Of a DNA stretch of 64,000 nucleotides, positions 16,585-25,910 are shown in pieces; within the stretch, counting starts at the first letter, position 1, and the number at the start of each line of letters is the position of its first letter. The DNA lies in the IMG/VR virus record IMGVR_UViG_3300040770_000357, one strand, 5' to 3'. A program made the translations under genes and the position numbers. The notes below the pieces were generated by a model. It was not told where the DNA came from, did not search any database, and was given only the letters and a program-made list of their open reading frames with translations. Source of the stretch: a virus.

Positions 16585-17125
16585 CGTTTGTTTTCTTACT
16601 TACCCTTTCAAAATACTTTGCGATTATCGTCATTGATATTCTTACCGAAATATGTGAGAAAGTTGTTGTGCCTAATCGAGTATTTCGTTTAAGTGATGCA
16701 AATGTTTGAGTCTTCAATCCAGCCATTTCAGCAAACTCTCTATCCTTTAAGATACTTTGACTAAAATACTTCGTAAAATTAATCGATTTAAGTCTTTCAG
16801 ATGCATATGCGTTCTCAGCTGTGACTGATATTGCATCCGATTCAAAGTCTAAACCTTCCCATTTTTTAGGTATCGGGTCATATACCTGTTTGTCTCTTGC
16901 CACCAAAGTCGCTCTTAGGTCAGTATTTTGCTCTCCAATTGATTTTACTGGGGTTATTTCAATATCAATTATATATTGTCCTTCGCTAATCAGTTCTTCA
17001 TCAGTTACTAGGTTTGCATTTTTAATTATAGAACCTACATCAGTGTAATATGTTTTACCAATATCACTTTTAGCAATCCATCCATTGCTAACTCTTTCTA
17101 CTTCTAGTTTCATTTTATTGCTCAT
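16568..17125 (-). CDS. Hypothetical protein
   Basis: Third gene of minus-strand operon. Confidence 0.65.
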   Translation of the reverse strand: MSNKMKLEVERVSNGWIAKSDIGKTYYTDVGSIIKNANLVTDEELISEGQYIIDIEITPVKSIGEQNTDLRATLVARDKQVYDPIPKKWEGLDFESDAISVTAENAYASERLKSINFTKYFSQSILKDREFAEMAGLKTQTFASLKRNTRLGTTTFSHISVRISMTIIAKYFERVSKKTNEKSEV

Positions 17126-17136
17126 ATTATTAAGTT

Positions 17137-17466
17137 TTAAATTGTCAATTCTTTTAAAGGGATAATACTCACATCAGTTAATGATGCATCACGGACTTTA
17201 GTTTTCCCTTTACCAAATAGTTTACCTTCAGTGTCACGCCATCTGGCTGTGATTGTTTCTGCCCCGATGAAATATGTTTCACCATGCAGTGCTGGTCGGT
17301 TGAAATATTGTACATTAACTATAACTCTGTTGGAATTGATTGTTATAAGTTTTTTGTTCGAGTAATAACCAAACATAACATACCCATCTTCAATCCCAAC
17401 ATACAGTATAGTAACTTTTTTATCGCCTACAATTATTTCTTCGCCAATAAAATCTGTTAATGTCAT
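17137..17466 (-). CDS. Hypothetical protein
   Basis: Second gene of minus-strand operon. Confidence 0.6.
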   Translation of the reverse strand: MTLTDFIGEEIIVGDKKVTILYVGIEDGYVMFGYYSNKKLITINSNRVIVNVQYFNRPALHGETYFIGAETITARWRDTEGKLFGKGKTKVRDASLTDVSIIPLKELTI

Positions 17467-17487
17467 AATAAATTTTTTAAGTTTTAA

Positions 17488-19920
17488 TTATTCTTTAAAG
17501 GCCATCTTTGTTATATGATGATTTTCATACATCAAAAAGTCAGAATAAGGTTTAATCATTGACGAAACAAAATCATCAACCTCAATACCTTTAAGTTTAT
17601 CGTCATTACGTCTCATTTTTTGCAATATACTAAATAAAAATAACGAATGAAGATATATTGATAAGAAATATTTATCTTTATTGAATTTAATATCGGCTTC
17701 ACTATTTATTCTATTTTTAGAGAAAAAGTTTTTAAGAACAAACGAGTCCATATTTACGATAATACCAGATACCATCAATTCACTTTTAGAATCAGTTGAT
17801 GTTATTATCTTCACAATGTCTTGCCCAGTCCAATTAAGCTCTGGGGAGCTCCATAACAAACCATTTGTATCATCAGTATGTTGGTATGCTTTTCTAGGTG
17901 TTGGAAGCGTAGGGAACGTCTCTGTCGGTTTTTTCTCAGTATGTTTTGGTTTGCTAATTTCAGCATCAACCTTAACATCAAAAACACAACTAAGTTTTCT
18001 ACCACCTTCAGATGTAAGCGTTGCTCTAACCTCAACCTCATCACCAACTTTAGCCTTTTCGGTTGGGTTCATGATTAATTTAATCACACCACCTACTGGT
18101 CCTTCAACACTAACTGCCAGTATATCTGATGTGGCTCTAGCGTTTTCGTTTGCTTGTACCAGACTATTCATTGGTTCATCATCAAGTTTTAGTTTTCTAA
18201 GAACCTCAACATCTAATTTACCAGGGTCATTAGGTCTAAAAAAGTAATCATTGTCAACATCTGTATCGATAGTTACGGTACCCGATGTTTTAATAGGTAT
18301 AGTTCTATATACTTTATCGTTATCACCATTTTTCTTAAGATTTAACTTAAAAATTGATGGGAATCGGTTAAGTTTTGTCGCTTCTTTGATACCTTGACCG
18401 TTTTTATTTAAACCACCTTGTTGTTTAAGAAAATTAAGCGCACCATCTTTTTTTAGTAATGATATAACATCTTTATCGACTGGTAATTTAGATAACATTG
18501 TTTCTAATAAATCAGAATCACCTTCAGAATCTTGAAGAAGTGACTGTTTAATCTGATTATTGATTCTTTTTAATTCATCAGATTTCCTTAAAAGATTAAC
18601 TATTTCAGTTCTTAACTCATCAGCACGAGTACTGTTTTTTAAGTGTGTCCTGTTGGCCATGAATAAATCTTGCCGTACTGAAGTTGGTACGTCAGTACAA
18701 TTCACATGGATTAGGGCATGTCTTTTCAATAGTGAAAAACCTAAATCTTGTGATATAAACGATTGACCTTCAAATCCATGGACTTGACCATTCTGTGTAT
18801 AAATAATAGATTTATTTTTAATAAATTCATTATGGTCCACATTTGGTTTGAAGATTATCACACTTACTGGTATGTCACCAAGGCCAGTTTCTTTTGGTAT
18901 CTTAAAAGAGATTATGTGTTCAACGCTATCTCTACTGTCAATCGTTACCCTAGTTTTATTCCCTAAAAGAATTTTTGTTGGGTTTTTAGAAATATAATCT
19001 CTTTTTTCATATAGAGCGATAGGTAATGGCAAATGATACATGAATTGATTTAAATCTCTCCATAAATCTAATGTAATATTAGAGCGAGACCCTTTTGGTA
19101 ACTCATATGAGTATAATTTTATATAACTACCAGTTGTGAATTTTCGATTGTATAAACCCAAATCAATTGCTGTTATCGGGAATGATGGAATATTACCCTC
19201 GATTGCAAGGTACTCATACCAAGTTGATTTACCATATTCACTTTCCTCTTTTTTTGTTAGTTCATGTCTTCTAACTAGAGTGAACCCAAACAGGTTATCT
19301 TTAACAGGAATTTTATCTGCAATACTTAGCAGCGCATTTCTTTTTGATGCAATAAGTTGGAACTTTTTATCACCACAGAAAGTTACTGCACCAGTAGAAC
19401 CCATATTGTACTTACCTTGTACGAAATGTATATTCGTTTTATTGCTTTGGTGTAGTGACAGGAATGAGTCTTTGAAGTGGTCTGGATGTTGACCCTCACC
19501 ATTATCATAAATAACTATAGATGGAACTTTTTTATCACCCAACGCAATTACTTGTATGTTCTCAGCAAGTAATCTTCTAGCATTTGCTGAAAGCTCACCA
19601 ATCTGACCATCTTTTATTTTATAGAATTCTTCAACTGCTTGGTCCATACTTTTAGGTGCATCTTTCGATTTAGGGTCAATACCGTGTAATCTACAATCTT
19701 TAATAAGAATAGCATCTGTTGAATTTGTAATCTTTTCGATTAGTGCTGGAACAGGATGGTTTTGTTGGCTTTCGAATGTTCCAAAATTACCTTTGTTACC
19801 ACCATAAGGTAGCCAGTTTTTTTGGTCTTTAAGTTCTGAATATTTATTGATTACATCAGACACTTCTTGTTGTGAGTTTGCCTTATACAAATCCCAGAAA
19901 ATTTTTTCACTTGTTTTCAT
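17488..19920 (-). CDS. GHKL (MORC/Hsp90-like) ATPase domain protein
   Basis: LIEKITNSTDA (motif I), DNGEG (motif II), GKYNMGS (motif III). Confidence 0.8.
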   Translation of the reverse strand: MKTSEKIFWDLYKANSQQEVSDVINKYSELKDQKNWLPYGGNKGNFGTFESQQNHPVPALIEKITNSTDAILIKDCRLHGIDPKSKDAPKSMDQAVEEFYKIKDGQIGELSANARRLLAENIQVIALGDKKVPSIVIYDNGEGQHPDHFKDSFLSLHQSNKTNIHFVQGKYNMGSTGAVTFCGDKKFQLIASKRNALLSIADKIPVKDNLFGFTLVRRHELTKKEESEYGKSTWYEYLAIEGNIPSFPITAIDLGLYNRKFTTGSYIKLYSYELPKGSRSNITLDLWRDLNQFMYHLPLPIALYEKRDYISKNPTKILLGNKTRVTIDSRDSVEHIISFKIPKETGLGDIPVSVIIFKPNVDHNEFIKNKSIIYTQNGQVHGFEGQSFISQDLGFSLLKRHALIHVNCTDVPTSVRQDLFMANRTHLKNSTRADELRTEIVNLLRKSDELKRINNQIKQSLLQDSEGDSDLLETMLSKLPVDKDVISLLKKDGALNFLKQQGGLNKNGQGIKEATKLNRFPSIFKLNLKKNGDNDKVYRTIPIKTSGTVTIDTDVDNDYFFRPNDPGKLDVEVLRKLKLDDEPMNSLVQANENARATSDILAVSVEGPVGGVIKLIMNPTEKAKVGDEVEVRATLTSEGGRKLSCVFDVKVDAEISKPKHTEKKPTETFPTLPTPRKAYQHTDDTNGLLWSSPELNWTGQDIVKIITSTDSKSELMVSGIIVNMDSFVLKNFFSKNRINSEADIKFNKDKYFLSIYLHSLFLFSILQKMRRNDDKLKGIEVDDFVSSMIKPYSDFLMYENHHITKMAFKE

Positions 19921-20055
19921 AATAAATAATTTTGATTAACGCTATAGAATTACTTTAACTCTTTTAACAATGTAAAGATAGTTAATATTATTGGTGCCAC
20001 CAAACTATTTAATGATTAATTATAACTTAAATAGCTATAAATCAATGTATTCAGT

Positions 20056-20097
20056 AAAAAACCCTACAATTGTTAATAACTTTGTAGGGTTTTTTTT
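20056..20097. terminator. Terminator-like hairpin between divergent units
   Basis: AAAAAACCCTACAA/TTGTAGGGTTTTTT. Confidence 0.65.
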
Positions 20098-20168
20098 AGG
20101 TATTATATTGCAAAAGGTAATAAAAATAAGTAGTTTTGTTGAATACCAAAATAAATAAACTCTTATCT

Positions 20169-20669
20169 ATGGAAAAAATTAGGTTGTTAGCTATTAAATT
20201 AATTGAAAATAACTGGTTTATTGACGATATTAATTATAATCTTATAGATTTAGGTTGGTCATTTAAATTTAATGATAGAAAAACATCATTAGGTGTTTGT
20301 AATGGTAAAGACAAAACCATCTCATTATCAATACCTTATATACTACTTAATATTAATGACCTTGATGTTTGGGATGATACTATAAGACATGAGATAGCAC
20401 ACGCAATTGATTTTGAGATAAGACGATGGTCTGACCATAGTGAGATATGGAAAAATATTGGTAGACAAGTTGGGTGTGAAACAGAGCATTATAAAGATGA
20501 GAACATTATAAGACCAGATGGTAAGTATATGTTATGTTGTAATATGTGTGGTAATAAAAAAACGATACATAAGAAACCTAAAGCTAAAAAATCTTGCTAT
20601 GATTGTTGTCATAAATATAATAATGGTGAATATAGTAATGATTATGTTTTAGAGTTAGTGATTAATTAA
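20169..20669 (+). CDS. SprT-like zinc metalloprotease
   Basis: LGVCN, TIRHEIAHAI, H...WK, C-terminal CxxC pairs. Confidence 0.85.
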   Translation: MEKIRLLAIKLIENNWFIDDINYNLIDLGWSFKFNDRKTSLGVCNGKDKTISLSIPYILLNINDLDVWDDTIRHEIAHAIDFEIRRWSDHSEIWKNIGRQVGCETEHYKDENIIRPDGKYMLCCNMCGNKKTIHKKPKAKKSCYDCCHKYNNGEYSNDYVLELVIN

Positions 20670-20674
20670 TTTGT

Positions 20675-21352
20675 ATGAAAAAAAGAAATAAACATTTTTT
20701 TAAGAAAAAAAGAGTTATAAAACTTAAATCCCTTGAATCTGATAACCGAAAAGCTATTAGGGCCCAAGGTTATATAGAATTAGCTATCCCGATACATGAT
20801 GGTTATGATTCAACATTTGTTCTTAGACCCGATATTCTTAACCGTACTGATGCTAGTGCGTACCAAGAAGCTTTAGATATATGTAATACTAAAATTTGGA
20901 GTAAAAAACTAGATTTTAAATATTATTGTCGTTCACAAAAAAAATGGTTTGAGGTAAAACCAAAATTATCTAATATTAATAAAAAGACCTATGAATCACT
21001 TAGTATTGAAAGTAGGAAATTATTCTATGAGATATATTCATTAGATAAATACTGGAGAATTGGTTTTTATGATAAAACATATAAGTGTATTCTATCATAT
21101 GAATTAAATATAGTTAAGACTAATTCATATATCACACATCGTAGAGAACATAACAGTGACCTTTATAGTAAACGTGATGAGGTAGAGGCTTTATTATATA
21201 AAGAAACAGATGGTTCCCCTTGGGGTAGTTTAAGTTATTATAGTGCTTTTGAGATTAAACAGTTATCTAAACGAGAAAAATTAAAGTCAAAGCGTGATTT
21301 AAATGAAATAATTAAAAATGTAAAAAATAATGGAAATAGTTTGGACATATAA
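20675..21352 (+). CDS. Hypothetical protein, paralog of 15038-15811
   Basis: Shared motif FVLRPDILNRTDASAYQ. Confidence 0.72.
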   Translation: MKKRNKHFFKKKRVIKLKSLESDNRKAIRAQGYIELAIPIHDGYDSTFVLRPDILNRTDASAYQEALDICNTKIWSKKLDFKYYCRSQKKWFEVKPKLSNINKKTYESLSIESRKLFYEIYSLDKYWRIGFYDKTYKCILSYELNIVKTNSYITHRREHNSDLYSKRDEVEALLYKETDGSPWGSLSYYSAFEIKQLSKREKLKSKRDLNEIIKNVKNNGNSLDI

Positions 21353-21441
21353 TTTTTTTGAGTCTATCGGGTTTCTAGCGGTTATTGTTGTAGCTGGTAT
21401 TTATGGAAAAGGGGTTAATTGTTAAAAATTTAAAATAAAAT

Positions 21442-21999
21442 ATGGATATTAAAGGAAAGTTAAGAAAAGCCTTGTTAAATGAGGGAAAACACACTGAAAA
21501 TGATTTTGGTTGTGTAATGGTTTATCTAAAGTATGATAAAAAAGATTGGTCAGCGTTACAAGGTTTAATCGATGAAGATGACTTGTATGACACTAAAGAT
21601 GATGTAGGTTATGGGCGAGAAATGAACCCACATTCAACTATTCTATATGGTCTTAGCGGAGATATTGAGGATAAGTTAGTTGAGGATAAAATTAACGCTG
21701 TGAAGTCACCATCACTTAAATTAGGTAAGGTTTCTTCATTCTCGAACGATAAGTATGATGTGTTGAAATTTGATATGGATGGTGAAACGATGCCGAATAT
21801 CAACAAAGATTTCGCTAAATTACCACATACTGATACCTATGGGTCTTACAAACCGCATTGTACTATTGCGTATGTTAAGAAGGGTCTGGCAAAAAAATAT
21901 ATTGAAATACTTAACGAAGTGGAACCTTTTGAGGTTGAAGCGGAGAAAATTGTTTACTCTAAGGTTAATGGTGATGAATTGGATTACATAATTAAATAA
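21442..21999 (+). CDS. 2H phosphoesterase (Acb1/57B or LigT/ThpR-like)
   Basis: Two HxT motifs: PHSTILYG and YKPHCTIAY. Confidence 0.82.
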   Translation: MDIKGKLRKALLNEGKHTENDFGCVMVYLKYDKKDWSALQGLIDEDDLYDTKDDVGYGREMNPHSTILYGLSGDIEDKLVEDKINAVKSPSLKLGKVSSFSNDKYDVLKFDMDGETMPNINKDFAKLPHTDTYGSYKPHCTIAYVKKGLAKKYIEILNEVEPFEVEAEKIVYSKVNGDELDYIIK

Positions 22000-22005
22000 A
22001 ATACT

Positions 22006-22317
22006 ATGAGGTTAAAAGCATGTGACATAAAAAAGATTTATGATGATGAATCTGAGTTTTACAGGAAACATTTTAATTTAATTAATGATGATATACCTAA
22101 TGATACTAAAATAGCTATGAATGGGTTTGGTGGTAGTATTACACTACCTAATGGTAGTTCTATTGAATTTATACCACATTTTGAGAAGGATAAAAGTTAT
22201 AAATTAATTAAATCAAACACGGCATACCATATAGCTAAATTTTTGGAGACTATGAATATACCAACAACTGATTTATTAGAATCAAATATACAGAAATACT
22301 TAAAAAATAATATATGA
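22006..22317 (+). CDS. Hypothetical protein
   Basis: ORF in operon. Confidence 0.55.
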   Translation: MRLKACDIKKIYDDESEFYRKHFNLINDDIPNDTKIAMNGFGGSITLPNGSSIEFIPHFEKDKSYKLIKSNTAYHIAKFLETMNIPTTDLLESNIQKYLKNNI

Positions 22318-22589
22318 GTAATAAAATTGTTAAAAATATAATGATTATTGATGTTGATACGGAACGTGAGCATAAATATATTTTTGGTAAATCGAGTGAA
22401 TCAGTAATCCCGACAAATGAATCTGAGGTAAAAGAAGCGGTAAACATTGATATCGTTTGTATGATTGAAGCGTTAATAACATTAATTTCACTTAGTGCCT
22501 CTAATGGTTATGGTAATAAAGAAACTTATATCGCAGCAGTTGAGTCTGCAATTAATGATTTTAAAGGCGATATTAATGATACCAAATAA
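22314..22589 (+). CDS. Hypothetical protein
   Basis: Overlapping stop/start with neighbours. Confidence 0.6.
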   Translation: MSNKIVKNIMIIDVDTEREHKYIFGKSSESVIPTNESEVKEAVNIDIVCMIEALITLISLSASNGYGNKETYIAAVESAINDFKGDINDTK

Positions 22590-23421
22590 CTTTCGGAATA
22601 GGGAATATAATGGTTTTAAGAAAAATGTTGAAAATAACATTTTCTATCTATTAATATCAAAACCAGCGTTTTATTTAAAAAAATTATTATGGCGAACAAT
22701 GTTAATTGGGGGTATAGCGTTTTGTTTAAATTTATTTGTTCGTTTATTACATTATGAGTCAACGACAATCCCATCAGCTATGCATAGCCTTATCGGTTTA
22801 GTAATAGGTTTATTGTTAGTGTTTAGGACAAATACGGCATATGACCGTTGGTGGGAAGGTAGAAAGGTTATCGGGTCACTATCCCAAGAGATAAGCCTTA
22901 TATCGATAAGGTTAAACCTTATAAATGATTCAATTAAAACTGATGGGATAAAAGATTGTGTTTCTGAGTTTTTATTAACACTAAGAGATTATCTTAAATT
23001 CAGCGATGATGGTAAAGAATCACCAAGTTTTCATATCTCTCAGAAGAAATCCATATCTAAAGCCATGGGTAGGTTAGACGATGGCTTTGTTGGTAAAGAT
23101 ATGCATGTTAATGCGATATATAATTCGTTAGGTGATATTCTTGAGTATTCATCGGTGTTGGAGAGGATAAAAAATACCCCAATACCACTATCCTATGTAC
23201 TTCATATTAAGATAAGTATTTTAATTTATTTATTTACATTACCATTTGGTATGTTCCATGCACTAGGGTTATGGTCAACACCATTAGTTATGTTAGTATA
23301 TTACATTATAGCTGGTGTGGAGATTATAAGTAATGAGATAGAAAACCCATTTGCTGATGACCCTAACGATTTACCAACAAACACTTTATTTAACATAATG
23401 ATACAAACACTTTGGGACTAA
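22576..23421 (+). CDS. Bestrophin-family (YneE/UPF0187) channel
   Basis: LLLVFRTNTAYDRWWEGRK, ERIKNTPIPLSY, EIENPFADDPNDLP. Confidence 0.9.
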   Translation: MIPNNFRNREYNGFKKNVENNIFYLLISKPAFYLKKLLWRTMLIGGIAFCLNLFVRLLHYESTTIPSAMHSLIGLVIGLLLVFRTNTAYDRWWEGRKVIGSLSQEISLISIRLNLINDSIKTDGIKDCVSEFLLTLRDYLKFSDDGKESPSFHISQKKSISKAMGRLDDGFVGKDMHVNAIYNSLGDILEYSSVLERIKNTPIPLSYVLHIKISILIYLFTLPFGMFHALGLWSTPLVMLVYYIIAGVEIISNEIENPFADDPNDLPTNTLFNIMIQTLWD

Positions 23422-23765
23422 TGAGATTCACTAAAAAAATAATTAACGACGAATTATACCTTTATTATAATGGTAAATTGATATATAAACGCTGGATAAG
23501 TAAAAATCGTTCAGTAATTTTTGATGTTAGTACTTATGATAAAAATACACTAGTGTCGATAACTGATAAGGGTGTAAAATTTATGCTATTAATTATTTTA
23601 TTAGCAATGACAAGCTGTGGGACAGAAACAGTTTTCTACTGGAATATGAGAGATGTGATTGGTCTTTCTATATTCGGTTTTGCTGTTGCTGTTTATTTTG
23701 TTTTAATAATAGTAGAATGGTTTACTAATAAATTAAAACTATGGAAACGTAAAGAAACTAAATAA
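23412..23765 (+). CDS. Hypothetical membrane protein
   Basis: C-terminal hydrophobic segments. Confidence 0.55.
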   Translation: MGLMRFTKKIINDELYLYYNGKLIYKRWISKNRSVIFDVSTYDKNTLVSITDKGVKFMLLIILLAMTSCGTETVFYWNMRDVIGLSIFGFAVAVYFVLIIVEWFTNKLKLWKRKETK

Positions 23766-23794
23766 AACAATATAAACTAAATAAACTAAATATA

Positions 23795-24295
23795 ATGTGT
23801 AAAATTAAGATTATAGTAGCTGTTACTGAAAATATGGTAATAGGTGATAAAAACGACCTTCCATGGTCATTACCAACTGACCTTAAGTATTTTAAAGAGA
23901 CGACAAATGGACATACAGTGATTATGGGTCGTAAATGTTGGGAAAGTATACCAGTTAAACACAGACCATTACCAAATAGAACTAATATTGTTATTAGTAG
24001 GGATAAAGATTATAAGGCTGATGGTGCAAAGGTTCACACTAATTTTAAAGAGTTAATTGTGCAGTTAAAAGAAAACGGTAAAGATGATGACATTTTTATT
24101 ATTGGTGGCGGTGAATTATATAAAGAAGCATTTAAACACGCTTGTACTCTATACCTTACAAGAATCCATTCGGTTATTGAAGGTGATGTTAAATTAAATG
24201 GTTTGGATTTTAATGATTGGGATTTAGATGAATCTAGTGAGTTATTCACTGAAAATGGTTTAGATTTTAATTTTCAAATTTTTTCTAGAAAATAG
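23795..24295 (+). CDS. folA: Dihydrofolate reductase
   Basis: VIGDKNDLPWSLPTDLKYFK, VIMGRKCWES, PLPNRTNIV, IIGGGELY. Confidence 0.95.
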   Translation: MCKIKIIVAVTENMVIGDKNDLPWSLPTDLKYFKETTNGHTVIMGRKCWESIPVKHRPLPNRTNIVISRDKDYKADGAKVHTNFKELIVQLKENGKDDDIFIIGGGELYKEAFKHACTLYLTRIHSVIEGDVKLNGLDFNDWDLDESSELFTENGLDFNFQIFSRK

Positions 24296-24330
24296 TTGAT
24301 TTAATAGTAAATTAAAAGTAGTTTTGCACT

Positions 24331-24675
24331 ATGAGTGAGGAAAGAAAGAGACCAGAAAAAAAAACAGTTTTACCCATAGTATCTAAAAAAAGAGATGGTG
24401 ATAAAGAGATTGTAAAATCTACAATCAATACTGTTAAAAAAATGGTCGTTAAAACAGAAGATATTTCACAGGTTATAGTATCTTCAGATGACCAAGAGGT
24501 TAAATCTAGGACTAAAACCAACCCAGATAAATATCTTAAATTAGCTGAAAATGCATCAATGGAAGATAGAAAATTTATGAACGACAGAGTATTAAAGGGT
24601 GAATTAAGCCCAGCATATTACGCAATAGATGGTGATAAAAGTTATCATTATTTTTTAATTATAAAAAAAATGTAA
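24331..24675 (+). CDS. Hypothetical protein
   Basis: ORF in operon. Confidence 0.6.
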   Translation: MSEERKRPEKKTVLPIVSKKRDGDKEIVKSTINTVKKMVVKTEDISQVIVSSDDQEVKSRTKTNPDKYLKLAENASMEDRKFMNDRVLKGELSPAYYAIDGDKSYHYFLIIKKM

Positions 24676-24676
24676 A

Positions 24677-25105
24677 ATGACGTTAAAAGAACGTATTGTC
24701 GCTGATTTCCTTTCAGCTTACAAACAAAGAGACATGGTTAAGAAAAATTTTTTAAGTGTGTTAAAGGGTAGTATTGAAACAAATGAAGGTAAGGGCGTTG
24801 AGTCTAACGATGAGAACGTATTAAAGCTTATTAAGTCATTAGAAAAAGGTCTTAACGAAACAATTGCTGGGTATAAACGTTTGGGTACTGAAACATCTGA
24901 GCAAGAGAATGAATTAAATTATTTAAATGCTTATTTACCAACACAATTAACTGAATCAGAGATTAGGGTTAGCCTTATAGCGATTATAGCCAATGCTAGT
25001 GAAAGTATGAATGCTGGGGTTTTAATGGGTGCTTTCAATAAAGAGAACAAAGGTAAACATTTTGATAATAAACTTGTGTCAAGTATTGTAAAAGAACTTA
25101 TATGA
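24677..25105 (+). CDS. GatB/YqeY domain protein
   Basis: LKERI..D...AYKQRD, YLPTQLTESEI, MNAGVLMG. Confidence 0.8.
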   Translation: MTLKERIVADFLSAYKQRDMVKKNFLSVLKGSIETNEGKGVESNDENVLKLIKSLEKGLNETIAGYKRLGTETSEQENELNYLNAYLPTQLTESEIRVSLIAIIANASESMNAGVLMGAFNKENKGKHFDNKLVSSIVKELI

Positions 25106-25485
25106 TAGATAGTATTTTTATTTGCCTATATTTTATTATTGTTCATTGGATTGCTGATTTTGTCTTACAGTCAGAAGTAATGGGTAAAAACAAGAGTAAA
25201 AGTAACTATTATTTAACGATGCACGTTACAATATACTCAATAACTACGATTTTAATGTGGTATCTAGCGTTTTTATGTATTGGTATTTATGTTACTGGTG
25301 TTACCTATTTAGTAGTTTTTGGTAGTATTTTTTCTCTACATTGGGTAACAGATTACGTTACCAGTAGAGTTACTGGGTATTATTGGTTGGAAAAAAATAT
25401 TCATAATTTTTTCACTATGATAGGTTTTGACCAAGTACTACATTATTTTCAATTATTTTTAATTTTTAAATACGTGATATTATGA
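25102..25485 (+). CDS. DUF3307-like membrane protein
   Basis: HWIADFVLQ, LHWVTDY, IGFDQVLH. Confidence 0.8.
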   Translation: MIDSIFICLYFIIVHWIADFVLQSEVMGKNKSKSNYYLTMHVTIYSITTILMWYLAFLCIGIYVTGVTYLVVFGSIFSLHWVTDYVTSRVTGYYWLEKNIHNFFTMIGFDQVLHYFQLFLIFKYVIL

Positions 25486-25910
25486 GAATAAGTAATGATA
25501 AACTGTATGGTTTACTAGATAGTATGTTAGATGGAAATTATTCAAGTAAAAATTTTATAAACCATTTGATACATAGCTATTACTCTAAAGATATGGTTAC
25601 GACAGTTAAAAGTGTCGATGGATTCTTTAAATGTGTGTTAACCAATGAAGATTTCAATGATAAGGGTAGGTTTAATAAGAGTATTGCTGTAACTGGTCTT
25701 AATACTACAACATATATGAGTAAACCAGCGTATGATATTTTTAGTGATTGGTTATTTCTGAAAACAACTGAAAGTCACCCACATGTTAATTGGGTGTTAT
25801 CTAATATGAGGGTGACTAGAAAAGTAGATGTATCATCTAAATATTCGTTAGGTGATGTAAATGGTGTGCTTGCTAAATTAAAATTAAAAATAGAATTAAA
25901 TGAACGTTAG
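25482..25910 (+). CDS. Hypothetical protein
   Basis: ORF in operon. Confidence 0.6.
   Translation: MRISNDKLYGLLDSMLDGNYSSKNFINHLIHSYYSKDMVTTVKSVDGFFKCVLTNEDFNDKGRFNKSIAVTGLNTTTYMSKPAYDIFSDWLFLKTTESHPHVNWVLSNMRVTRKVDVSSKYSLGDVNGVLAKLKLKIELNER

Noticed and set aside
17681-19492. Plus-strand ORFs inside the GHKL gene
   Set aside because: Antisense shadows of the 810-aa minus-strand CDS.
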